Source: an uncultured bacterium (GTDB lineage Bacteria; Verrucomicrobiota; Verrucomicrobiia; Limisphaerales; UBA8199). Taken from it: a stretch of 64,000 nt of DNA. Below, one piece after another: positions 48,149-58,015 of this stretch (positions are counted from its first letter, which is position 1; each line of letters opens with the position of its first letter). The translations under genes and the position numbers were made by a program. The notes below the pieces were generated by a model, which searched no databases, had not been told where the DNA came from, and saw only the letters and a program-made list of their open reading frames with translations. The DNA lies in the NCBI GenBank assembly GCA_963749495.1, contig CAVVMW010000010.1:704001-768000 (forward strand), given 5' to 3'.

Positions 48149-50188
48149 ATGATGGAGGAACGCCTCAACTTCCAGTCCACCGCGCAAACCATCGCAAGCT
48201 TGGTGGCATTCGCTGTACTATTGGCTTGCGCCCAAGCTGCCCCTGGCTTGGGGGCGGCGGAACCTCGAGAGACTCGTGATATCCGCGGCCCGGGACCTTC
48301 GTTTCCGCGCCTGATGGGGATGAACATCGGGGCCAAGAACTATGACGACCCGGCGTATCAGGGCCAGCTCGCGCGGCTTGATGTCGTGATCCTCGGCTTC
48401 TACAAAGGCTGGACCCCCGGCTACGGTATCGCCCAGGTGGTGCGGAACCTGAAGGAGTTGAGTGGGGGTAAGATCCTCGTCGGGCAATACACGATCCTCA
48501 ATGAGTGCGGTGACGATCCGAAGAACAGCGCCACCCTGGATATACAGACCAAGCTCAACGACATGGACTGGTGGGCGCGAAAGGCTGATGGCAGCCGCGT
48601 GCAATGGACGACCCAATACCGGTCGTGGGACATCAATTTCACGGCCGGGAGCCGGCCCGATGCAAATGGCCAGCGCTTTGCCCAGTGGCTAGCCGAACGA
48701 GACGATCGCGTGTTCTTCAAGCCGGTGGCCTTCGACCTGTGGTATTGCGACAATGTCTTTTTCCGCCCACGGGTCACGGCAGACTGGAATCATGCCGGCG
48801 CGGACGGCGATCCGAAGAGTCCGGCTGTCGCGGCCGCGTATCGCGCAGGCCACCGCGCCGAGTGGGACCATATCCGGCGCATTCACCCGGGTCTTCCACT
48901 GATGGGCAACACCGACGGCGATCTGTCGGAGCCGGAATACGCCGGTCAGCTCGAAGGCGCGTTCCTGGAAGGGCTGATGGGCAAGCGCTGGTCCATCGAG
49001 AGCTGGGGCGGTTGGTCAAACGTGATAAGCCGATATCGGGCGGCCATGGCGAACACCCGCTCACCTCACCTCGTTGGTTTCAACGTGCATGGTGATCGCT
49101 TGGACTATCGGTTCTTTCGCTATGCCTACGCCTCGTGCCTGCTGGATGACGGCTATTTCTGTTTCACCGCGAAGGACAAAGAGTATAGCAGCGTGACCTG
49201 GTTTGACGAATTCGACTTGAAGCTGGGCGCTGCCGTCACGCCGCCGCCGACCGGCCCGTGGCAGAGCGGGGTCTGGCGGCGCGACTTCGAGCACGGGATC
49301 GCCCTGGTGAATCCGACCAAAGAAGCCGTCACTGTAACGCTGGACCCCGGTTTCGGCCGCCTTAAGGGAAAGCAGGACCCTGCCACGAACGACGGCAGTC
49401 CCGCCACGTCCGCGACGCTGCAGGCAAGCGACGGAATTATCCTGCGCCGAGAGGTAGGCCCGCGCAACTCCGAGGGACTTCCCTTGAGCGAAAAGGAATA
49501 CCTGAGCGCAGTCCTTCCGCAGGAGTTGATCCGTTACGCCGGTCTAGAGGTGCCGTCGAGGGAGAATATCCATGTCCTCTCGGATGAGGCCGGACGGTAC
49601 CTTGAATTTCGCCTGGTGCCGGGTCAGCCAAAGAAGAACAACGGCATCCGGGCTGAGATCAGCGTGGATTATCCTTACAGCGTCGGGGACGTTGTGCGTT
49701 ACAGGTGGGAAATGCGCCTGCCCGAGGATTTCAAAGCGGATGAACCCCGGAATCGCTGGTGGGTCATGGGGCAATGGCACGATCAGCCCGATCGGACCAA
49801 AGGCGAGACTTGGCAGGGATTTCCGGCACACAGCCCGCCAGTGTCCTTCAATTATGGGCGGCGAGACGGAAAGGACTTTCTCTCGTTACTGGTAGGCTCG
49901 CCAAAGATGAAAACCGTTGGGCTCCTTGCCGTTACACGAGACGCCTGGCACGCGCTGGACGTCGTGATCAAGTGGTCTCAAGGGGATGATGGTCGGGTCG
50001 CGGTCTTCTTTGACGGGTCCAAGGCTCCAGCCGTTACTGGCACTGGGCCGAACATGCACAACGGTTTCCAGCATTATCTCAAGCTGGGCATGTACCGGCA
50101 TCCGGAGATCTCCACTGAAAACCGACTGGGCATCCGCAACGTTCTGATTGAGAAGCTCAAGGACTGGCCTGTGGTCGAGTCCCGTTGA
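48149..50188 (+). CDS. Secreted putative glycoside hydrolase (GHL15-like) fused to a polysaccharide-lyase-like beta-sandwich domain
   Basis: N-terminal part ends GVWRRDFEHGIALVNP..DGIILRR. C-terminal part has RAEIS..GQWHDQP..YLKLGMYR. Confidence 0.7.
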   Translation: MMEERLNFQSTAQTIASLVAFAVLLACAQAAPGLGAAEPRETRDIRGPGPSFPRLMGMNIGAKNYDDPAYQGQLARLDVVILGFYKGWTPGYGIAQVVRNLKELSGGKILVGQYTILNECGDDPKNSATLDIQTKLNDMDWWARKADGSRVQWTTQYRSWDINFTAGSRPDANGQRFAQWLAERDDRVFFKPVAFDLWYCDNVFFRPRVTADWNHAGADGDPKSPAVAAAYRAGHRAEWDHIRRIHPGLPLMGNTDGDLSEPEYAGQLEGAFLEGLMGKRWSIESWGGWSNVISRYRAAMANTRSPHLVGFNVHGDRLDYRFFRYAYASCLLDDGYFCFTAKDKEYSSVTWFDEFDLKLGAAVTPPPTGPWQSGVWRRDFEHGIALVNPTKEAVTVTLDPGFGRLKGKQDPATNDGSPATSATLQASDGIILRREVGPRNSEGLPLSEKEYLSAVLPQELIRYAGLEVPSRENIHVLSDEAGRYLEFRLVPGQPKKNNGIRAEISVDYPYSVGDVVRYRWEMRLPEDFKADEPRNRWWVMGQWHDQPDRTKGETWQGFPAHSPPVSFNYGRRDGKDFLSLLVGSPKMKTVGLLAVTRDAWHALDVVIKWSQGDDGRVAVFFDGSKAPAVTGTGPNMHNGFQHYLKLGMYRHPEISTENRLGIRNVLIEKLKDWPVVESR

Positions 50189-50246
50189 ACAGAAAACCCA
50201 CTCGCCGCGAATTTCTGGCTAAGATAATGTGATTGATGGAAGACGA

Positions 50247-51365
50247 ATGAAACGACGCCGGTTCCTGAAGCACGTCGGTGCTGCGAGCCTCGCGGCAGCG
50301 GTATTTGCGGCTATTCAAGCCCACGCCGCGACATCGAGTGTGGCGACGGCCCGCACTTTCCTGTCGCGCCTCCAGCCCGCGGTGGCGGGCGGCGGTTTCG
50401 AATTGACCGATTATTGGGTCTGGTGCGGCGCGCCGATCCGTGGCGAGGACGGACGATACCATCTCTTCGCCTCGCGGGTTCCGAAGGAAGTTCCGTTTCA
50501 CCCGCACTGGCTATTCCGCTCGGAGATTGTGCGGGCGGAAGCCGAGAGGCCGGTGGGGCCTTATCGATTTGCCGAGGTGGCGCTGCCGCCGCGGGGCGGA
50601 GATTTCTTCGATGCGCGCAGCACGCACAATCCCCACATCCGCAAAGTGGGCGACACCTTCCTGCTGCTCTACATGGGCACGAATTACGACGGCCCCACGC
50701 CCTCGCGGGAGAATCCCGAGGTCTGGCGCTCGCCACGTTATCTGGCCACCTGGGCGCGCAAACGCATTGGTCTGGCGACGAGCCAAAGCGTGCGCGGGCC
50801 GTGGAAACGGCTTGACCAGCCGCTCATCGAACCCCGTCCCGGCGAGTGGGACTCCATCGCCACGACCAATCCCTCCCTGTGTCAATTGCCCGACGACTCG
50901 TTCCTGCTGGCCTACAAGTCGCGCAAAGAGAATCTGGGGCAACTGCAGGTTGGCGTCGCGCACGCACCGCACTACACCGGCCCATGGAAACGCCAGCCCA
51001 CTCCGTGGCTCTTCCGCGGCAAGCCGGCGCATGTTGAGGACCCGTTCCTTTGGTACGAAGAGGGTCGCGTGCAGGCGCTCATGAAGGACATGACCGGCGA
51101 GATTTGCGCCGAGAAATTCGCGGGCGTCCACGTGACGAGCCCAGATGGATTGAACTGGGATTTTGACCGCGCCACGCTCGCCTACCGGCGCACCGTGCGC
51201 TGGAGCGACGGGCGCACGACGCAGCAGGGCTTTTTAGAACGACCGCAACTGCTCATCGAAAACGGCATCCCCACGCATTTGTTTTGCGCGACCGCCGAAG
51301 GACCGGGCGATGATCTCAAAGATGCGACCCGGACGTGGAACATCGTCTTCCCGTTGAGCAGATGA
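50247..51365 (+). CDS. Tat-exported five-bladed beta-propeller glycoside hydrolase (GH43/117-like)
   Basis: MKRRRFLK, YWVWCG..YHLFASR, HNPHI, EDPFLW and LERPQLL. Confidence 0.85.
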   Translation: MKRRRFLKHVGAASLAAAVFAAIQAHAATSSVATARTFLSRLQPAVAGGGFELTDYWVWCGAPIRGEDGRYHLFASRVPKEVPFHPHWLFRSEIVRAEAERPVGPYRFAEVALPPRGGDFFDARSTHNPHIRKVGDTFLLLYMGTNYDGPTPSRENPEVWRSPRYLATWARKRIGLATSQSVRGPWKRLDQPLIEPRPGEWDSIATTNPSLCQLPDDSFLLAYKSRKENLGQLQVGVAHAPHYTGPWKRQPTPWLFRGKPAHVEDPFLWYEEGRVQALMKDMTGEICAEKFAGVHVTSPDGLNWDFDRATLAYRRTVRWSDGRTTQQGFLERPQLLIENGIPTHLFCATAEGPGDDLKDATRTWNIVFPLSR

Positions 51366-52888
51366 AAAGCAACAGGCTGTATCGCAAGTGCCGTTTGGGC
51401 CCCCGGTCTTTGGTCCCCGTCCTGGCGATCGCGGCGACCAGTTGCTGGCTGGCGGGCTGCGGTGGTTTCGCCCGATCCACGCCCGCCACGGCCACTGTCG
51501 CAGAGCCGGCCAAAGTCACCGATCTTCGTCCATTATGGGATGCCGAACGAGTCCTCCACAATCCCTATAAAGGCTGGTATCACCACTACTACGACAACGG
51601 CACGCGCAACTACCGGCTCAGTTCCGACGACAACCTGGATCGATTCCCGGGGATGGATCATCTCTACATTCGCCTCTCCTGGGCTCACTTCGAGCCCCAG
51701 GCGGGGCACTACAACTGGTCCTGGATCGACGATGTGAAGGGCCACTGGACTGCGAAGGGTTATGGCATTTCGCTGCGGATCAGCACCTGCGAGACGGGCG
51801 AGGCGCACGCCACGCCGGAGTGGGTGATCGCGGCTGGGGCGAAGGGCGCCATGTACAAGGCGTATGGCCGGGAGGTCTGGGTCCCGGAATATGGCGACCC
51901 GATATTCCTCTCGAACCTCGATCGCTTCGTCGGGGAGCTGGCCAGGCGCTACGATGGCCAGCCGTGGTTGAGATATGTGGACATCGGCCTGGGCACCTGG
52001 GGCGAGGGGCACAATCATCCCATGTTCGACAAGGCCATCCGGATGGACGCGGTGAAGAAGCACATCGATATCTACAGGGCCCGCTTTCACCGGTCCGTGC
52101 TGGTGCTTTCGGACGATGCAGTTCACGTTCACGGACGAAGTCCGGATGCGGAAAAGGAACTCAGAGAGTATGCCGCTGCCAGGGGAATTTCCTGGCGCGA
52201 TGATTCGATCCTGACCTGGCCGGGTTTGCACAACTGGCCGGATCGGTTCAATGTCGCCCGGCCGGAGTTGTTCGAGAGCGCCTGGCGCAAGTTCCCGACG
52301 GTGCTGGAGACCTCGCACTATCACGAGGCGATTCGGGACGGGGCATATGAGCCGACGCCATCGGGAAGCATCCGTGCTTATGACGATCTTCGCGGCGCGA
52401 TTAGGCTGACGCATGCCACGTATCTCGGGTACCACGGCGACGCCCGGAAGTGGTTGAACGACCATCCGGATCTGGCGAAGGAACTCGCGAACAGACTTGG
52501 CTACTGGTACTTCCCAAAGTCTGTGTCGATGCCGCGGAGCTTCATCGCCGGCCACGAGAATGCCATTCGATTCGAGTGGGAGAACCGGGGCACCGCACCT
52601 GCCTATCAGCGTTTTGCCCTCCGCGCCAGGCTGACCGGCAATGGACGCACGTTGACCCTGCCTCTCGGAGAATCCAACAATCTGGCCTGGATGCCCGGTT
52701 CAGAATGCAACGAGCGCTGCAGTATGCGGATCCCTAACGGCACGCCGACCGGGCGCTACGCGTTTTCCGTCGCCTTAATGGACGCCACCGTTGCTCCGGA
52801 GCGTATCATCGAGATCGGTCTGAAAGAGGCGCTCCGCGGTCCCGATGGATACTACCGGCTGTGCGAGGTTGAAGTACAGTCGCCGTGA
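51362..52888 (+). CDS. DUF4832-type / GH42-like TIM-barrel lipoprotein
   Basis: LAGC lipobox, NPYKGW, YIRLSWAHFEP..YNWS, GTWGEGH, RLGY and WENRGTAPAY. Confidence 0.8.
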   Translation: MKSNRLYRKCRLGPRSLVPVLAIAATSCWLAGCGGFARSTPATATVAEPAKVTDLRPLWDAERVLHNPYKGWYHHYYDNGTRNYRLSSDDNLDRFPGMDHLYIRLSWAHFEPQAGHYNWSWIDDVKGHWTAKGYGISLRISTCETGEAHATPEWVIAAGAKGAMYKAYGREVWVPEYGDPIFLSNLDRFVGELARRYDGQPWLRYVDIGLGTWGEGHNHPMFDKAIRMDAVKKHIDIYRARFHRSVLVLSDDAVHVHGRSPDAEKELREYAAARGISWRDDSILTWPGLHNWPDRFNVARPELFESAWRKFPTVLETSHYHEAIRDGAYEPTPSGSIRAYDDLRGAIRLTHATYLGYHGDARKWLNDHPDLAKELANRLGYWYFPKSVSMPRSFIAGHENAIRFEWENRGTAPAYQRFALRARLTGNGRTLTLPLGESNNLAWMPGSECNERCSMRIPNGTPTGRYAFSVALMDATVAPERIIEIGLKEALRGPDGYYRLCEVEVQSP

Positions 52889-53011
52889 TCCCTGAGGGCG
52901 GTCCGCCACATCGGTTCCAGGGAATTGCGGACCACCATTCAGGACCTGCACATGGTCCACGAACTTCTCGGGGTTTGACAGAGGCGGGTCCTGGACACAG
53001 GATTTCCGGCG

Positions 53012-54334
53012 ATGGCTCGTAAGATAAGTATCACAGGCGCAGCGTTGTTGGCATGGTCTTTTCTCCTCGCTGTGGGTGTTCTGCCGCCCAAAGCCGTTCG
53101 TGCCGAAACCCGCACGGCCGCAGCGTTGACTCCGGAAGCGGTCTGGGACGCCGTCAACGCGGCAAAGGACGGGGACATCGTGCAAATGCCCGAGGGGACG
53201 GCGGTGTGGACGAACGGATGGAACAGCAAGCATTGGGCGAAGATGAAGGCGATCACCATCCGGGGCGCCGGAATGGACAAGACGATCATTCGCACGGATA
53301 CCACCACCGCCCCCGGCGACAAGGCGTTCGTGATCAATGGCGTCGAAGGAAAACCCTTCCGGATCACCGGGATCACTTTCGACGGAACCGGGTTTGCGAA
53401 CGCGGGAACCTGGGCCGGCGAAGTCGTGATCAACGGAAACTGCAAGAACTTCCGCGTGGACCACTGCAAGTTCCTGAATATGGATCACATGATGACCATC
53501 ACTGGGGACACCTGTGGACTGGTCAACCATTGCTGCTTTCACGCCCTGGTGAAGAATCGCCTGGCTCAGACGATCTACTGCCAGGGACCCGGCAAGGTCG
53601 CCTTCACCCGGCCTCTCACGCTGGGCACCGCTCAAGCGGTCTATTTCGAGGACAATGAGGCTCGCTTCAGCCCGGCGGTCGTGAACACGGACGGCAACAA
53701 CCCGTGGATCGTGCCCTACAACGGTGCGCGGGTCGTGATCCGGCACAACCGGATCATCAATAGCCAACTGGAGATCTACCGGGTCCGCCCCGGGGCCTAT
53801 GGCTGCCAAAGCGCCGAGATTTACGACAACACGTTCTCCGCCGAGGGCGTGAAGATGGGCCGGCCCCAGGGGTTCATCTTCATCGCCGGCGGCGTGGCCA
53901 TGGTGTTCAACAACACCGTGACCGGAACGACCTACAACACCCGGACGATCCAGGTCAGTCACGAACGCTCGTTCCAGGCCATCGGCGAGTTTGGGATCTG
54001 CGACGGCACGAACCCCATTGACGGTAACCAGATCCCGGCGGGCCAGAAAGGGGCGGGCTATCCCGCCATGGGCCAACCGGGCCGGGCCACGGATGCCGAC
54101 GGAGACGGCGTATTCGAACCCTCGCCCTGCTACGCCTGGAACAACACGCTCAATGGAGCGAGGCTCAACATGGTGCTGCGCCCGTGGGCGGAGCCGGAAA
54201 AGAACGAGCTACAGGCCGCCCACGTCAAGGAAGGGCGGGATTTCATCAACGAGGCGCCCAAGCCCGAATACTACAAGCCCTACATCTATCCGCATCCGCT
54301 ACAAAGCGGCCAGGAGGCCAAGTCGGGAATTTGA
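53012..54334 (+). CDS. Secreted right-handed beta-helix (pectin-lyase-fold) protein
   Basis: Signal peptide, DGDIVQMPEG, ITIRGAG, VYFEDN, EIYDNTF and YKPYIYPHPL. Confidence 0.8.
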   Translation: MARKISITGAALLAWSFLLAVGVLPPKAVRAETRTAAALTPEAVWDAVNAAKDGDIVQMPEGTAVWTNGWNSKHWAKMKAITIRGAGMDKTIIRTDTTTAPGDKAFVINGVEGKPFRITGITFDGTGFANAGTWAGEVVINGNCKNFRVDHCKFLNMDHMMTITGDTCGLVNHCCFHALVKNRLAQTIYCQGPGKVAFTRPLTLGTAQAVYFEDNEARFSPAVVNTDGNNPWIVPYNGARVVIRHNRIINSQLEIYRVRPGAYGCQSAEIYDNTFSAEGVKMGRPQGFIFIAGGVAMVFNNTVTGTTYNTRTIQVSHERSFQAIGEFGICDGTNPIDGNQIPAGQKGAGYPAMGQPGRATDADGDGVFEPSPCYAWNNTLNGARLNMVLRPWAEPEKNELQAAHVKEGRDFINEAPKPEYYKPYIYPHPLQSGQEAKSGI

Positions 54335-54364
54335 AGAACATGTAGAAAAGCATACTCCTATCCG

Positions 54365-55510
54365 TCATCGCAGCTTCAGGTTGAAGAAGGCCATGAGGTC
54401 GAGATCTTTGTCGCTGCCGCTCCATGAAATGCCTGCGTTCGTGCTGTATTCCCATCGGCCATCCTCGAAAGTGTCGCCGTCCATGCCGTAGCCGCTGTGG
54501 CCATCCTGCAAGGGAACCGCGTGATAGGGATCACCCGGAGGCGCCGCCAAAACGATGCTGTAGGTGCCACCGTTGCGAAGCAGTATGGGGTTGGCGAAGC
54601 TGCCGCCGACCCACTTCGCCTCGGTGGCGGACGCCACCCGCTGCCCGATGGCGAGCTGCTCGATAAGCCTCCCATCCGCCTCCTCAAGGCGAACCTCGAT
54701 CGGTCCGGGTGCGCCCGACTTTCTGACTGCCACATGCAGCGCCGCGGCCAGTTTGTCTCCGCCCGTAACCGTGAAGCGTGAACGGACCTGGTTCGTGCCC
54801 TGGATCGGTCGCTCGTAGTCATAACGTTCCCCGATATACGCCTGGCCCTGAGACCTGCCGTCCGCGTAATAGAGTGAATAGATGGGAGTCTTCTCCCTCA
54901 CCACCCTTAACTCCAACGTCCCCGCCAGCACGGCCAGCGACAGGTCCTCATACGCGGGCTGCATCCGCTCCGCGTTTGGCTCGAAATTGGAGAGCCAATC
55001 CAAGGAAGCCCAGTTCCGCTCGCTGGTATCGAGGTTATCCCACAGCAGGTGATAAATCCTGCCCGCCTCGACTCTCCCGGGTGAAGCGAAGTGCAGCTTG
55101 CCCCAGTAAGTGCCTCGGACGAGTTGCGGTCCCAGGGTCACTGCGGCGTTAGAGACGGTGAACTCGGCCAGGGTTTTGCCCGGGGGCAGCCCCCGCCCAT
55201 CGTCAGCCTGCAGGCGACACCGGATGTCGCCTCCGTCGCCGAGGCTATAGCCCGGTTTCGGAGTGATATTCACCATAAAATAGACGCGCACTGCATCCAC
55301 CTGGCCGGTGTACCTGGCTTTGAACCGAATGCTCTCCTTGAGCCCGGCATACTTGCCGATGGCTGCCTCCCACAACGAGCGGCTGCGGTAGTAAGCCCCG
55401 TAAAAGCCACCGTCCCCTGTGTCGGCTCTGCCCGCGTCGTGGGGCGAGGTTTGAGCGAAAGCCGCGCACACGACAAAGGCCCCGAACAAACAAGCCGACC
55501 ATCGGTTCAT
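54365..55510 (-). CDS. Secreted hypothetical protein
   Basis: Signal peptide MNRWSACLFGAFVVCAAFAQ and two beta-rich domains. Co-oriented with the upstream operon. Confidence 0.7.
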   Translation of the reverse strand: MNRWSACLFGAFVVCAAFAQTSPHDAGRADTGDGGFYGAYYRSRSLWEAAIGKYAGLKESIRFKARYTGQVDAVRVYFMVNITPKPGYSLGDGGDIRCRLQADDGRGLPPGKTLAEFTVSNAAVTLGPQLVRGTYWGKLHFASPGRVEAGRIYHLLWDNLDTSERNWASLDWLSNFEPNAERMQPAYEDLSLAVLAGTLELRVVREKTPIYSLYYADGRSQGQAYIGERYDYERPIQGTNQVRSRFTVTGGDKLAAALHVAVRKSGAPGPIEVRLEEADGRLIEQLAIGQRVASATEAKWVGGSFANPILLRNGGTYSIVLAAPPGDPYHAVPLQDGHSGYGMDGDTFEDGRWEYSTNAGISWSGSDKDLDLMAFFNLKLR

Positions 55511-55520
55511 GCCGCGCTTC

Positions 55521-56894
55521 CTATGCACCGCGGAGGGTCCAGGGCGCGCGCCAGGAGGGGCGGTCCAGGAGCCGGTTGGCGGCTGGGTCATCGAACTGCT
55601 CCTGTTGGGGATCCCATCGAAGCTTGCGGCCTGTGCCCCCGCCAAGCTGGATGGCGATATGGGCGATCTGGCAGAGCGAACAGGTGCGGTGCCCTACCTC
55701 GGCGTCTTCCAGGGTCCGGCCCCGCGTGCGGACGGCGTCGATGAAATCCTGCTTCTCGGTCTTGAAGGGGAGGTGAATCTCGTTCGGCCGGATTTCGGAC
55801 TTGAGGATGGCCTCCGAGGAGGCGAGCACTTCTTTTTGGTATTCGGTCTCCACCCAGCCTTCATCGCCCTCGAAGCGGACGAAGGGCCGGTCCATCTTGT
55901 AGTGCAGCGTGACGCCGTTGGCGAACCGGTACTGGGCTTCCATCTCGAGCAACACGTTCCAGAAGCTTTCCGGCGCCGGATAAACGCCCCGGGCCTCGAC
56001 CTCGATCGGGCCGGTGCGCTCGGTCCCGTTGCCCCACTGGGCAATATCGTTGAGGTGGGTTCCCCAGTTGGTGATGAGGCCCTCGCAATACTCGCGCCGG
56101 CGCATCCAGCCGGGCCGGCCCTTGAGGTCATGACGGGGATGGACCCGGTTGAGCGTGTAGGGCGCTTTGGGCGCGGGCCCAAGCCAGGGGTCATAATCCA
56201 ACTCCTCGGGCACTTTCATGTTCGGCTGCGGGGCGCAGGCCACGTCGCTCTTGGGGACGCCGGTGCGGATGGTGTGGACCTTGCCGATCCGCCCGTTGAC
56301 CACCAGTTCACAGAGCCGATGGAAGTTGCGGAGGGAGCGGAACTCGCTGTCCACGCGGAAGACGCGGCCACGAGTCTTGACCGCGTCGGCCAGGACGCGC
56401 CCCTCAGCAATCGAGAGTGTCAGAGGTTTCTCACAGGAAACGTCTTTGCCCGCCCGAACGGCCGCCAGCGAAATCGGCACGTGCCAGTGGTCTGGGGTCC
56501 CAACGAAGACCGCGTCCACATCCGGGCGCGCAATCACCTCGCGGAAATCCCGGTAGGCGGTGCAGCCGGCATAGCTCCCGCTCGTCGCTCGTTTGGCGTA
56601 AGAGGTTTCGACAAGTTCTTTCGCCTCGCCCAGCCGCCAGGCGTCCACATCGCAAACCGCCACGACCTGAACGCCGGGCACGGCCATGAACTCGGGGATA
56701 TTTGTGCCGAAAGTCTGGCGGCCCACGCCGATAAAGGCCATTGTGATGCGGTTGCCCGGCGCGTCTGCGCCGAAGGTCGTATCCGGGATGACCGTCGGCG
56801 CGCCGAAGGCTGCGCCAGTGGCCAGCAGGCCCGTGCTGCGGAGAAAGCTCCGCCGCGAGCACGGCGCGGTTCTAGGTTCCCTTCTGGTTTTCAT
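55521..56894 (-). CDS. Tat-exported Gfo/Idh/MocA oxidoreductase
   Basis: SRRSFLR, IGVG, VCDVD, TPDHWH, CEKP and NWGTHLND. Confidence 0.92.
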   Translation of the reverse strand: MKTRREPRTAPCSRRSFLRSTGLLATGAAFGAPTVIPDTTFGADAPGNRITMAFIGVGRQTFGTNIPEFMAVPGVQVVAVCDVDAWRLGEAKELVETSYAKRATSGSYAGCTAYRDFREVIARPDVDAVFVGTPDHWHVPISLAAVRAGKDVSCEKPLTLSIAEGRVLADAVKTRGRVFRVDSEFRSLRNFHRLCELVVNGRIGKVHTIRTGVPKSDVACAPQPNMKVPEELDYDPWLGPAPKAPYTLNRVHPRHDLKGRPGWMRRREYCEGLITNWGTHLNDIAQWGNGTERTGPIEVEARGVYPAPESFWNVLLEMEAQYRFANGVTLHYKMDRPFVRFEGDEGWVETEYQKEVLASSEAILKSEIRPNEIHLPFKTEKQDFIDAVRTRGRTLEDAEVGHRTCSLCQIAHIAIQLGGGTGRKLRWDPQQEQFDDPAANRLLDRPSWRAPWTLRGA

Positions 56895-56895
56895 A

Positions 56896-57834
56896 TCATT
56901 TGGCTGCCTTTTGAGCGGCCAGGCGGTCCGTATAGCTCCTCCAGGCACGTATTGATTTCCCCAGGTTCTTCTTTGGGTCCCCCTTGATGTTGTAACATTG
57001 CAGCCCGATGGGACCTCGATAGCCCGCCCGCTGGAGGGCCACGAGCATCCCAAACACGTCATAATCGCCCTGGTCCAGAGTTTGGATGTAGTTGGTCCAA
57101 CCGCCGGCATCGTCCTTTTTGTCCGTGGCGCCGCAAATCGTGGCCAGCATGAGGCGGGGCGCGGCCTTGGCGATGACTTCCTGGAGGCGTGGCCCGTTGC
57201 CCGAGGCCAGCTCGTGACAGAGGTTAACCGTGACGCCCACGTTGGTTCGCGTGACGCGAGACAGCACCCGCAGCGCGTCCTCGGCGGTGGCCACGTAGAG
57301 ACCGAGGTGGGGATAGATCGCCACGCGCAGGCCGTGCTGAGCTGCCAACTCCGCCAGGGCATCAATACGTTGGGCCGCCACCGCGTCCCACTCACCGCCG
57401 GCTCGCGGACGGGCAACGGTCACCCAAAGGATGGTGCCGCTGCCTTTGAGCATGGGGAGCGCCTCGCGCAGACCCGCCGGGTAGGGGTCTTGCCGGTCCA
57501 GGGTGATGCCGAAATAGAGGCTGTAGAGCTTCAGGCCGCGGGGCGACAGGGCCTTGAGCCAGGCGGCGAGATCCTCCGGCTTGGTGTAGTTGTACCCGAT
57601 ACCGTCGAAGCCGAGTTCCCGCACGCAATCGGCCTGTTGAGTGGGAGTCCAAGAGCCCCGCCCCACGCCGTTGTCGAGCGGGAAAAACTCGGGCGCACTT
57701 GCGACTGCCTTTTTCTCCTGCGCGCCCCATACTGGACTTGCTCCAGCGGCGGTGAGCAAACCAAGGGTTAGAAATATCCAACCGCCAGTGCACCTGGAGG
57801 CGCCTTTTGCGGTCACTTTGGAACCGACGTTCAT
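56896..57834 (-). CDS. Sugar phosphate isomerase/epimerase (xylose-isomerase-like TIM barrel)
   Basis: ELGFDG, AIYPH, NVGVTVNLCHEL and GYRGPIGLQCY. Confidence 0.85.
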   Translation of the reverse strand: MNVGSKVTAKGASRCTGGWIFLTLGLLTAAGASPVWGAQEKKAVASAPEFFPLDNGVGRGSWTPTQQADCVRELGFDGIGYNYTKPEDLAAWLKALSPRGLKLYSLYFGITLDRQDPYPAGLREALPMLKGSGTILWVTVARPRAGGEWDAVAAQRIDALAELAAQHGLRVAIYPHLGLYVATAEDALRVLSRVTRTNVGVTVNLCHELASGNGPRLQEVIAKAAPRLMLATICGATDKKDDAGGWTNYIQTLDQGDYDVFGMLVALQRAGYRGPIGLQCYNIKGDPKKNLGKSIRAWRSYTDRLAAQKAAK

Positions 57835-58015
57835 AAGATGCTTCGATGGCGTCGGCAGAGGCCGAACCGACCTTCGCCAACCTGGAAGAGTTATGTCCCA
57901 GTCCGTGCAGGAGCACAACCACGAATTGACCCCGTCCCCAACGCCGGAACCCCGCTCGCGACTGACTCGACGAAATCCTAGAATGATTTTGCTTCTGCTA
58001 CGTCTAACGGACACG